Position numbers and translations under genes: made by a program. Below are positions 48,250-60,355 of a DNA stretch of 64,000 bases, piece by piece (position 1 is the first letter of the stretch; every line of letters starts with the position of its first letter). Source of the stretch: Tubulanus polymorphus (lineage: Eukaryota > Animalia > Nemertea); the NCBI RefSeq assembly GCF_964204645.1, contig NC_134034.1, positions 7,290,914 to 7,354,913 on the forward strand, given 5' to 3'. A model generated the notes under the pieces. It had not been told where the DNA came from. It saw nothing but the letters and a program-made list of their open reading frames with translations, and did not search any database.

Positions 48250-48800
48250 TAATATTGAATACTATCTAACTGTGAATTTACAATATTTAATTGCGCGTCA
48301 GATATAATATAAATGTACATTTTGAAATTTTGTCTCCTTTTTTCTTTTTCATGAATAATTGTATTCCATCTTTAGTGTTCTGTAGTTTTTTTCCAGAACC
48401 ATGTAATGAATTATCCTCTGTTGTTCTAAAATCTAACCATAATGCATATTTATTACCGGTATAATAATCAATTTGATTAATATTACAATTTTCAAATGAT
48501 TTTACTTTTTCATTCATAAAATATTTTCTAATTTCTGGCCATTGATCTATCATTCTCATTCCTTGGCAAAATATTTTATTTGCTATTCCTTCGATAGTTA
48601 TTTCTACTTTTGTTATTTCAGGATTATAATAATTATCAACCTTTATTGCGCCATTAGAATATGTTGCAATGGTAAAAAATATTAATATACCTTTAATAGA
48701 TCTTCTTGGGAAGTTAATATTCTCATTAATTATTTCATCATTTGCATTAATAGTTACAGTTTTAAATTTATCAATATAATCATATAATAATGAAAATCCT
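48250..48800 (-). pseudogene. Major capsid C-terminal part (upstream genes deleted)
   Basis: Near-identical to 16324-16880; fused by deletion to a start at 48820. Confidence 0.75.
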
Positions 48801-48836
48801 TGCAATTTTTCATCTGCCATTTATATAACTAAAAAA

Positions 48837-49263
48837 TTAATAATTTATTAATTCTTTTAATAATTTATCTTGTTCTTCAACTGTTATATGGCCATTTAAA
48901 CTTATGATATAATCTAGAGTGTTCTTTAATTTATTAATTTCTTTTATATTAGTTTTAATTTTTTCTTTATTACTTTTTATATTTAATTTTGAACTTATAC
49001 TAGTTACAACACTTGAACTTAATCCTAACACACCGATTGATATAGCTAAAGGTGTTAATGGACTGAATATTGCTAGAAATGTTATTACAGAACTAATTGT
49101 AACCGAACCACTTATAATAAGATAATATATAATTTTACTTTTTAAGTATTATTTCTTTTTTATCTTTAAGTCACTTTCAAGTTCTAATATTTGTTTTTCT
49201 AAATATGTTTTTAATTTAGTTTTATTTATATCATGAGGAATAATATCAATATTATCTTCCATT
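48837..49263 (-). pseudogene. Two-TM small protein
   Basis: Homolog of 20675-21116. Confidence 0.65.
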
Positions 49264-49281
49264 TATTTAGAAAAAAAATTA

Positions 49282-49704
49282 CTAATTAGTAAACTTATAA
49301 GCAACAAATATAACAATAACAGTTCCACCTAAAATCCATATTATTTCATATTTCTGTTGTTCTTTACTTGGGGTATGATAATCTGATAATTTGGGTTTGT
49401 ATAGATGTAATTTTTCTTTATTTGTTACCGCGTTATATAAACTCATTGCATCATCAACTGATTGAAAATCTCTATGTGAAATCTTCTGATCATATAATTC
49501 TTTGTTAATATAATCCATATAGTTTTGCCTCTTTTCTCTATATTCTTCTGCTGCTTTATTGTATTTCTCTAATGCTAAGTTATGTCTTCTTTGTTCTCCT
49601 AATGAACTATTTTTATCAATATGTTTAAATAAATATCCACCACCAGTAAATGCCAAAGCGTTAACAATTGCTGATCCTATAATAGTTATAATTGCAGAAG
49701 CCAT
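49282..49704 (-). CDS. Conserved small membrane/virion protein
   Basis: Near-identical to 21133-21558. Confidence 0.8.
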   Translation of the reverse strand: MASAIITIIGSAIVNALAFTGGGYLFKHIDKNSSLGEQRRHNLALEKYNKAAEEYREKRQNYMDYINKELYDQKISHRDFQSVDDAMSLYNAVTNKEKLHLYKPKLSDYHTPSKEQQKYEIIWILGGTVIVIFVAYKFTN

Positions 49705-49952
49705 TTATTTAGTAAAAAAATTATGCATTTATATGGGAGGAATATATTTTTGTTTTTCCAAATAATCAATAGTTAAATTAGATAAAGTAATTGCTAATGT
49801 TAACTAAAAATATCATTTATATCAAATCTATCAACATTAACACTTCCCATTTTGAATATTTTTTTTAATACCATTGAATAACCAACAGTTCCAACTGATA
49901 GTAATGCTCCATTATATAATGCAGTTATTATCCACTTATTATCACTCATTTA

Positions 49953-50306
49953 TTAATCAAAAAAATTACTATCTTCAAAATATTTAGTTATCTTAGTGAT
50001 GATTAATTCAACATTTATTTTATTACTAGTTTCATTTGTATATATTTCAATTATTATTTTTCTAATATCATCAATGATAAAATCTTCATCTAATTCATAA
50101 AATCTTAAAGATTCTCTAATTAAATTAGTAATCTTTTCTACATTTAAAGTTTCTTTATCTATTGTTGTTTTATACTCAAATGTTGTTTCATTAGAAAATG
50201 CAATATTTTTAATATGTGTAATTACATCATTAATGTTAAATTTCATTTCTTTCTCACGTTTAAAATCAAATCCAAAACATATACTCGGTCCAACAGTTAT
50301 ATTCAT
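49953..50306 (-). CDS. Hypothetical protein
   Basis: Homolog of 21805-22161. Confidence 0.72.
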   Translation of the reverse strand: MNITVGPSICFGFDFKREKEMKFNINDVITHIKNIAFSNETTFEYKTTIDKETLNVEKITNLIRESLRFYELDEDFIIDDIRKIIIEIYTNETSNKINVELIITKITKYFEDSNFFD

Positions 50307-50322
50307 TTATATAGTGAAAAAA

Positions 50323-51081
50323 TTACTCTTTACATCTTATAACTAATTCATAAATTACAGGAAAGTTATTCAAATCAATTAAATAACCATTATGATTTCT
50401 TATTTCTTATTTAAAATTATTGAAATGTGGAATACAAGGTTTGAAATCACATTCAGTTAAATTATAATTTATTTAAGTTCCAAATTGTTTGACATTTTTT
50501 AATGGTAAAATATTTAATAAACCAGAATTACAAATTGTATCTTTAGTTGCTTCAAATGTTTTTGTTGGGTCAATCAAATTGCAATAAATATAAAAGTGTG
50601 TAAAAGGTATTAAGTTTGATCTACCTTCTGCGTGTGCTGTAACAATATTTGGGTTAATTCCTAACAGTTTAGCTAAAGGTTTTCTTACTGTAAATTTAAA
50701 TTGTTCGTTATTATCTAACCTAATCTTTATTTTATTAGAACTATCACTTTTTAAAATTCTAATATTAAATTTAGAATCACTTCCTAATTTAGCTCGAGCT
50801 TTTCTATTAATTTCTTGTGCTAATGTATCTAAATTATATAATCCTGGTTTTAAATATATAAAATACCATTCATTCATTTTTTTGTAAAAGATTGAAAAAA
50901 TTAAATGTTCTAGACTTTTATCCGATATATTGTAAAATGAGTTACATAAACTTATATTTACTAATTTTAAATCAACACAATTCTTAAATTCTCTATCTAA
51001 TTGTACTAGTAAATTAATTGATTTATAATTTGTAAGTTTTCTAGAATCAACAAATATTCTGTGTTCTTTTAATTCTACCAT
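50323..51081 (-). pseudogene. Putative penton (family B), premature stop at 50473
   Basis: Homolog of 22178-22945. Confidence 0.68.
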
Positions 51082-51149
51082 TATTTATAACATAAAAAAA
51101 TTACCGCTCATCACTAAAAATTAATTTTAATAAAATTTTTCCTAAATAA

Positions 51150-52472
51150 ATGGATGAGAAGATAGCATGCGAAATTAGTGGTGAACTTCTAAGAAAAAGT
51201 AATATGGCTCGATATATGAAAAAACATGATGAAAATTATAAACCCCCTAAAATAAACTTTCCAAAATGTAATAGATTATTCTCAAGAAATTATGTTAAAA
51301 AACATTCAGAGAAGTGTAGAATTAATGGTGCAACGGCTAATGTTGATAGTAATGAAAGTAATAGTAATTGCTGAAGTTGAACCTGAAGTTATTTGGAAAA
51401 GACCTTTCTTATTCTATGATAAGGATAATATAAAAGATCATTTCTGTGAGCCTTGTCGAATAAAATATAACCCTGAAAATATAGAAGATTGGGAGAATCA
51501 TCAATTTCGTAAAGTACATATAGATAAAAGTTCTAATAAATTTGAAACTGAATTTAATGAAAGAAAAAATAATTTATTAGAAAAAATAAAATATGAGAAA
51601 ACGTTACCAGATAATAAAGAAACAGTTGAAAAGTTAGAAAAACAATATAATGAATTAACAAGAAAAACATATTATTGTAAATATTGTAAATTGATTATTA
51701 CAACAAGTAATTCAAATCTACATAATAGAACAATAAAACATAAAGAAAACGTAAGAAAATACCAAGAGCTTAATGAAGATCTATTACCAATAAATTATAA
51801 ACAAAAATGCCCACAATGTATTTATGCGACCTTAAGACAAGAAGGTACTGTGTTATTTTGTGTTGATTGTGGATGGCAAAAGAATTTATGGGGTGAAGAA
51901 AAAACTAGAAATTTTCTCATAGATCCAAAATTAAATTATCTAGATGAAATTTTTAAAATATTTTCTATAGAAGATCATACACCAGAATATATGCAATGGC
52001 TTGAAAAAATGAAAATAATAGAAAATAAAAATGGTGAAATAACTAAAAAAGACATTATAAATACAATTATTCCATCAACATTTAACACAAAACAAAAGAA
52101 AATGTATTTATATATATTATTTAACGATTATTATGAAAAACCTAAATTAACAGAAGAAGATACGGAAAATATAAAAAAAAAATATTCAAACAAATATTAA
52201 TGTATCATTTGGAAAATAGAATAACAGATTCAATAAATTATGAATTCTTTTTAAATAAGATAAATAAGATTGTAAATTATTTAAACCTAGATATTATAAT
52301 TCCATTTGACGAATTAACAAACAAAAAGAAACAAAGAGAGCGAGATGAAATGTGGAACAAGATAGAACTTTATTTAAATGAAAAAAATGGAATGGAAGAA
52401 GAACCTAAACAATTAAATGAAAATGAAGAAGCCAGTAGTGATTTCGAGTTTGATGATATAGATCCATTTTAA
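51150..52472 (+). pseudogene. Multi-Zn-finger protein with C-terminal VLTF3-like (poxvirus A2-type late transcription factor) domain, split by frameshifts
   Basis: CPQC...EG...CVDCG ribbon; KLNYLDEIF; INYEFFLNKI...KKKQRERDEMWNKI resembles the VLTF3 C-terminus. Confidence 0.6.
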
Positions 52473-52630
52473 TAAATAACCATAAGGTAATGTTTTTATA
52501 CCATCATCTAAAATATGCCTTTTATCATCAAATGGATTTAAACTAGTTTTTTCAACTTCATTAATGTACATCTCATGATCTTCTGATCTTAAACAATTCA
52601 TTTTGTGTTTCATTACAATTGATTTATATA
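52449..52630 (-). pseudogene. PolB extreme C-terminus (family B)
   Basis: KTSLNPFDDKRHILDDGIKTLPYG; matches 6213-6370. Confidence 0.88.
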
Positions 52631-53480
52631 TTGGAAGATATTTGATTAAAAAATTAATTATAAAGATTGGTCCGGAAACAGTTTTCTCATTAGATGATTA
52701 TAATTTATTCATGCATTATAAAGATTTATGATTAACTAAAGAAAATAGAAATGATATGATATTTCAAGGAATCCAATCAGAAAACCAAAATAAATTAAGA
52801 TCAGAAGCTAATAATGCAGTAGTAACTAATAACGTAGATAATTTGATTAAAAAGATTTATGGAAGCAAATATAAAATTCCATTAGACTTTGAATTGATAA
52901 ATAACAATGCACCTTTATATAAATATGCAATTCAAGAAGATATTATTTTTGAGATAACATTTGCTCCTGTAAATGAAATTGTATTATCTAGCGTTGTTAA
53001 AGATATGAATTATAAATTATCGAATATATGTTTAGAATATAACACAGTAACTAATGAAAATATTGCTAGCACAATTCAAACTGAATACAATCAAGGATTT
53101 TCAATCCTGAAATAACAAAAGTAGAAATAACTATCGAAGGAATAGCAAATAAAATATTTTGTCAAGGAATGAGAATGATTGATCAATGGCCAGAAATTAG
53201 AAAACATTTTATGAATGAAAAAGTAAAATCATTTGAAAATTGTAACATTAATCAAATTGATTTTTATACCGGTAATAAATATGCATTATGGTTAGATTTT
53301 AGAACAACAGAGGATAATTCATTACATGGTTCTGGAAAAAAACTACAAAACACTAAAGATGGAATACAATTATTCATGAAAAAGAAAAAAGGAGACAAAA
53401 ATTTCAAAATGCATATTTATATTATATCTGACGCCCAATTAAATATTGTAAATTCACAATTAGATAGTATTCAATATTAG
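52631..53480 (+). pseudogene. Major capsid fragment of the inverted arm
   Basis: Homolog of 16324-17340 with internal deletion near 53100. Confidence 0.75.
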
Positions 53481-53509
53481 AAAGATAAAGTTAAAATTAA
53501 GGATATATA

Positions 53510-54642
53510 AAAGGGCGGTAAAAAAACTCCTAATACTAAAGAACAATATTTAAGAAATTTATATTACAACCCTGAGAGTTCGGTTGCTTATTCTTCTACT
53601 AAAAATATATGGCGTAAAGTAAAACAAGATAAATTAGATAAGATAATCCAACAAAATTTAGTTAAATATAAAGATATAAATGAATTTATGTTAGAACAAC
53701 CAACATATACAACACATAAAAAAATTGTTAGAAAATATAAAACTCGTAAAACTATGGTAAGTTATGTAGATCAACAGTGGCAAGGAGATTTAATTGATAT
53801 GAAAAATGTTAAGAAAGATAATGATGATTATTGGTGGTTATTGAATATAATTGATATTTTTAGTCGTTATGTATGGAGCTTCCCACTTTATAGAAAAGAT
53901 GCTGTACAAACATCAAATGTTTTAAGAAAATTTCTTTCGGATGATAAACTAAAACCAGAAAAAATACAATTTGATGATGGAAAAGAGTTTGATAATTCAC
54001 TTGTCATGAACTCATGTTGAAGATAATCATAATATTAAATATTTTTCAACAAAATCGGATAAAAAAGCAGCAGTTGTTGAACGATTTAATAGAACATTAA
54101 GAACAAGAATGTGGAAATATTTTACAGCAAATAATACTTTTAAATGGATTGATGTTTTACCAAAATTTATAGAAGGATATAATAATTCTTATCATTCTTC
54201 TATTGGAATGAAACCTATTGATGCTAGAAAACCTGAAAATGCTGAAATTGTTTGGAATAATTTATATGGAGCATTTCTTGAAGATGATTTTGGTGAACCT
54301 AAATTTAAAGTTGGTCAAAATGTTAGAATTTCTAAGTATAAAAAGATATTTGATAAAGGATACGATCGAAATTTTACTAGAGAAATATATAAAATAAAAA
54401 AGGTAATAACAACAAAACCATATGTCTATAAATTAGAAGATTTAGATGGTGAAGAAGTTGATGGCTACTTTTACGAAGAAGAATTAAGTTTAACTACTGA
54501 AAATCTAGAACAAGAATATAAAATTGAAAAAGTATTAAAAACAAAAACTATTAAAAGAAAAAAATATTCTTTAGTAAAATGGGTTGGATGGTCAGATAAA
54601 TTCAATGAATGGATATTATCAAGTAAAATTAAAAATATATAA
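53510..54642 (+). pseudogene. Integrase, inverted arm (frameshift ~54010)
   Basis: Inverted copy of 47091-48218. Confidence 0.9.
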
Positions 54643-55233
54643 ATGAATAAGGAATTATTCATATTTGAGCCTCATAATATGTTAATTTCTGGTGTAACAA
54701 ATTGTGGAAAAACTTATTTTATATTAAATTTATTAGAAACTGTTTATGAAAACTATTTTGATAATATAGTATTATTTTGTCCAACATATGAATTTAATCA
54801 AACTTATGATAGAAATATTACTAGGAATAATAGATTTATTATATTAGATCCTAAAACAGTAAAAGAAAATTTAGATAATTGTATTAAAATAGCAATTGAT
54901 ATTTATAAAGGATCAAATACATTATTCATTATAGATGATTGTGCTAATCTACATGATTCAAAAGTTAGAGAAAGTGAGTTGTGCTATTTAGCTTGGGATA
55001 ACAACTTGGGTTTTAAATCAAAAATATAATTCAATTGTTAAAGACTTTAGAGAAAGCATTAGATTTCTAGTTTTATTCTACAATAAAGATAGAAAATCGA
55101 TGAAAAATGCACTTGAGGAAAATGATATTATTCCACATGATTTACATAATGAATATATGGATAAGTTGAAAAATATTAAAAGATCAAAATTACTATTTAG
55201 ATTACAACACCCATTTAAATATGAATTTATTTA
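54643..55233 (+). pseudogene. Packaging ATPase, inverted arm (deletion removes GRH motif)
   Basis: Inverted copy of 46482-47090. Confidence 0.9.
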
Positions 55234-55441
55234 AATTTAATTAGTTTGTTAATCAATTACATATTTAGTTACATTCTAGTTGAATTCTAGTTATTGGTAG
55301 TTGGAACAAAAATCAACTAGATTTAACAAGAAATAAACAAAAATAACAATATTTCAACTAGCTTGTTAATCTAGTTGAATTCTAGTTACATTCTAGTTGA
55401 ATTCTAGTTGCAACATCACAACTAATTTTTTTGTTATATAA

Positions 55442-56047
55442 ATGGTAGGTGAAAAGAAAATAAAATCTAAAAATGGTGATGTTCCAATTGAAAAAACTTT
55501 AGATGATTTAGGAATAACAGAAAACAAATTAATTCCAGATGATGGTGTTTTGAATAATGTTACAACAAATAATAATTATGAATATTATCTTTACTGTAAA
55601 CATCAAATAGAAATATTAATAGCATCTGGAAAATGGAAAAATTTTGTCGGTAAAGATTTAACTTATAATGAATTAGATACAATGAAATCAGATGAAATTA
55701 TTAGATTATTTAAGATTTATGAAGCCGCGAGAACAGCTAGAATTAATTACGCGATATCAGAAAATGTAGTAAAAGGTTATAGTAAATTAATTAATTATAT
55801 ACTACCAATTGAAGATGAAAAAAGATTATATTCCGATTTAAAAAATGATTATTTAGTTATGACTGAATTAAATAAATGGATTGGATATTTATCGTTTCAA
55901 TTAGGAGGATTTATGACATTATTATCAACTGGGGTTATAACATTTTCAAATATTGAAAGTAAAAATATTTCTATAATAAATGAGCGAGGTGAAAGAAGTG
56001 AAGGAATTAACTGTGAAGAAAAAACCGAGAACTCAGAAACAAATTGA
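55442..56047 (+). CDS. Conserved hypothetical protein, inverted arm
   Basis: Inverted copy of 45592-46182. Confidence 0.72.
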   Translation: MVGEKKIKSKNGDVPIEKTLDDLGITENKLIPDDGVLNNVTTNNNYEYYLYCKHQIEILIASGKWKNFVGKDLTYNELDTMKSDEIIRLFKIYEAARTARINYAISENVVKGYSKLINYILPIEDEKRLYSDLKNDYLVMTELNKWIGYLSFQLGGFMTLLSTGVITFSNIESKNISIINERGERSEGINCEEKTENSETN

Positions 56048-57586
56048 ATGGTCTCGGCAATTAGGAATTAAACCACAAGAATATAAAAAAAGCTGTAAAA
56101 GAAAAAATAAATAATAAAAATGTTAATAAAAATGGTGAAAATATTGTTATTTCTACTCCTTCTGATAATAGAATATTTGATAAATATTTATATTTTACAG
56201 TTGGATTTGTAATTGTATTCATTTGATTGGGTGTAATTGGTATAAGAAATCAAATAAAATTCATGATATTAATAATTCTGAAACAACTGCTATCAAAAAT
56301 GAAAATACTTCTGAAATTCCAAAATTGATAATAAAGAAAATGGATTAATATTTTAGAAAAAAGCAAAAAAAATAATTTTTTTAATTAATTGAATATTAAT
56401 TGAATATCTCACTACTTTTGTCTATCACTGTGTGGGTGCCGTTTATGGCACCATCTACGCGGAGCAATTAAATTGTCCAGATAAGTCATTTCGGATTCTA
56501 GATATTAATCATTTCCATTAATTTATTTTTTTAAATTTAATGAAAAATTTCTAAATCATGATGGCCGTCTTCATTTTTTCCATGATAGATTATTTTAAAT
56601 CCTTCTAAATCTTTTAATTGCTCTGTACTCAATGAACCCCATTTATCAGGTAAAAATACTTTAAATTCTCGCGATGTACTAACATTACAGTAGCTTAAAT
56701 TAGCTGATACTTTCTCTCCATATTTAGTTTTTATCTTTTCTAATTTCAATATTTTATGTTCAATTTCTTTTGTAACATCAACTAACTTTTTTATTTCAAA
56801 TTGTTTTTTTGCTGGTTTTATTCTGTTATTTATTGTTGCTAAGAATGCTTTCTATCTCCCATTTTTAAGGAAAACAAATTACTTGTGGTGATGAGTGGGG
56901 ATTACTTCCCCTGTATATAACAAACACGCTATTAACCGTTCTCACCCAAGCCTCACAGCATCTATTTATCCGGGTACAGTTAACACACGCGCAGCTGTTG
57001 TTACGCGCACTCACTGTTTATGTGTGTCACAATTTTACTGCGTAATATTTCTAAAATTTCAATTGTATCTTTTATTTCTAGTGAATCAATATAATTTCTA
57101 ACATTTTCCATGTAAGGTTTATTTGATTTATCAATATATTTTTTACAATATGTACAATGATATTGATTTTCATTAACATCAATTTGTTCTGTCTTATTCT
57201 CTTCCATTTATAAGGAAAAAAAATTATTTGTGGTGATGAGTGGGGATTACTTCCCCTTGTATATAACAAGCACGCTATTAACCGTTCTCACCCAAGCCTC
57301 ACAGCATCTATTTATCTGGGTACAGTTGACACGCAATCACTGTACTACAGTAATAGCACACGCGTTAATAACCGTTCTCAGTAGAGACTCACTGTATCGT
57401 TCAATCCACGCGCAGATGTTGTTACGCGCACTCACTGTATATGTGTATCACAGAGCAATCGTCCGTTCTCACTAGAGCCTAGCTGTGATGAGTGGTGTCT
57501 CATACTCAATTGAATTATTACTTGTGGTGATGAGTGGTGTCTCGCCCTCTCGCCCTCTGATCTGAAACCCCACTTTTACAATTACT

Positions 57587-58603
57587 AAAACAGTAGGCCC
57601 TGAGCATGGCCTTCAACGTTTGATGGAATCTTTCAATTGCACCTTGACTCTCGGGATGATACGCAGACGAACAATGTTGTGATATACCCAATTGGTCCAT
57701 TACTTGTTGAAAGACCCCACTGACGAAGTTTGACCCTTGGTCACTTTGGATGTGAGCTGGAAGACCAAAAACCGTAAAAAACTTAGTTAATGCCTTGAGA
57801 ACAACAGGGGCAGTAATCTTTCTGAGCGGAACTGCCCCAGGAAACCGTGTCCCCTTGCACATAATCGTAAGCAAATATTCGTTTCCGTTACGTGACTTAG
57901 GGAGTGGCCCTACACAATCACACAGAATTTCACTAAAAGGTTCTCCAAAAGCCGGGACTGGGATCAAGGGTGCACGCGGTATAACTTGATTAGGACTATT
58001 GCCAGAGACTTGACATGTATGACACGTAGCACAAAATGCCGACACATCACCCTTCATCCCAGGCCAATAGAAATGTTGGAGAATTTTCTTATAAGTTTTC
58101 TCAACCTTTAAATGACCACCAAATGTGTTAGGATCACCACCAGCTGATGAAAATACCTAAGCCAAAAATGTATCGGACAAATCAACGGCTTCGATAGCCT
58201 TCTTTTCACAGGCGGGAATAACTGTTACATTATTTCCAGTGGGTCTAGTATCTACTTCAGAAGTCTTCTTCGAGATAGAGCGAGTAACTACACAATGAGG
58301 GAATAGACCAGGTATCTCCGTTATCAAGGTCTCTACTCTATCGTCCGTCCGTGGCTTAGCCGAAACAATAGGATTGGCGTTATGTACATTATCGCCCGCC
58401 AAATCATTTCCTAGAAGAAATGACACGCCAGGAACTGGAAGAAATGGGCGTACCCCAACCTCTACCCATCCAGTGTATAAGTCACACTGCAAAAACAAAT
58501 TATGAATGGGACATTCAATTATCTCAGGTCCTAAACCACGGAGCAAGACATCTTTACCGTTGTTTTCATTTCCCGGAATACATAAAACCCGGAATGGAAT
58601 CAT
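57587..58603 (-). mobile_element. Gypsy (Gmr1-like) fragment: protease end followed by integrase
   Basis: FLLGNDLAG...CVVTRS, then GGHL..HFYWPG..C..C, DCVGPLP, SDQGSNF, YHPESQGAIERFH; cut by Polinton terminus. Confidence 0.85.
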
Positions 58604-60355
58604 AAAACCTGGAATCTTAAGTTAAAACCCGGAAACGTAAAATAAATGCTCCCCGAAAAAAATAAAAACTGAAACACGGAACGACGTGGAAAGTTATTTT
58701 GAATTGAATTTGTTATGCAGATTATGTATTATCAGACTATACATCCGATCTAAACATCGTCAAACCCAGAGTTCGCGGACGTTGTTTTTTTGTTTGTAAA
58801 TAGGACCTACCGGCCGGTGTGTAATGGGGCCGTTTGGAATATCCTAACGAGCGCGTATTGTACGTAGGGCTACACGGCCTTGAGTTACTCCAGTTTAGGT
58901 ACAGTCGAAGAACGATTTTTTAAATACGAAACTCCCGGTTTGACGATGATTTTATTATTTTTTAATCCAATCCTCCAAAAACAGAAATAGGCCAATATCC
59001 TCAAAGAACTTATTGCAAAGACAAAGAATCTTCATTAAAATATTTTATTTATTTTGAAGCTGCCTTCACAACTGTTTTCACATACATAACCGGTACATTA
59101 CATAAACAGAACTATTATTACATATTATCATACCTACCACAAGTATTACGTAGTTATCCATATTACTTTACTTTAACATACGATCTACAAAGTGTGTCAG
59201 AAAGTAAGTTCATTTCCATTGTATTAGTTTTTTTAAATATTTGTAATCATAGTAAAATTTATATGATACTGGTAAATATTTAAATCAAATATATATGGAC
59301 TGTGGATTGTAGTAGTTTAAATTCAGAAATGATCACGAAAATGGTAAGGGTGATTAATATTACAATCCAACTCCGGTAGTACGTAGGATTCTTCTCAATA
59401 CGAAACCATGTTTGTACGATATTTTTCTCATCCTGAAAAATCTTAATTATGTCTTACATTATTATGGTTGACAAAGATTAAAATATAGACTAACAATTGC
59501 CTGAATAAGCACACACTATGCAAAAACACACTATGCAAAATGCACTAAGCAAGCTGTTCAGTAAAGCATCAGCACTATATTATCAGCACTACTTAATTAA
59601 AACATAAAAACTTTTGGTTAGAATTGGGTAAGGTTTAAATAAGACACGTGTAATCATATTCAAAGTCTTGTGGAGATAATGACCATATAGTAGAGGATTG
59701 ACAAGTATGTACATAGCAAAAGCTGGAGAACCCTGATTTCAGATTTCATAGATACATGTATCTTAGTTTTTGAAGCCGAAGTTAGTCACTGACTAAACAG
59801 ATTCGACTTATCCATACTCCTAGTCTACACGCATTGTATAGTTTGTGAAAGCATAGAGTTAGAACACAAGTGTTAAAAGTGAAGCCGACCACCACAATAC
59901 AAAATGTTGGCACCCCTAAACAATACGCAGTATTCAACTCAAAAACCAGTGCACATTAGATTCAACCAAAAAATGTATTCATTGAACATTTTCTAGAATT
60001 ATTTTCAACCATAAATGTATTCATATATTAGTGTTCAAGCATTTCTTATCCAGTTTCCACACTTCTGGGGTACCAACCAACCCTCCACAGACCCAACACC
60101 AACATGAATAAAGGATAGCGAGAAGATGGTGCACTGTAACATATGCAGTGCTAATTATTACCATAGAATCTGATAGACACACCACTACACTCATTGATAT
60201 AGCACAAGTAAACAAACAATTTGACAAGTACAAAATTAAATCAAATGAAATTTTCCATGAAAAAGCTTATACAAGTTTGACATACCAAACAGTAGCAGCA
60301 AACTGTAAATTTACAAGAAAGATAATTGAAATTAAACAATATTCATAACCAGATA

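Larger units (their letters stand above)
43981..57586. mobile_element. Polinton family B head-to-head fold-back structure
   Basis: AGTAATTGTAAAAGTGGGG...CCCCACTTTTACAATTACT ends; ~4.5-kb inverted arms with the same genes; junction at 52630/52631. Confidence 0.92.

Noticed and set aside
43975-57592. Possible 6-bp TSD AACACA / AAAACA around the fold-back element
   Set aside because: One mismatch, A-rich, and the left flank does not continue the Gypsy integrase frame of the right flank
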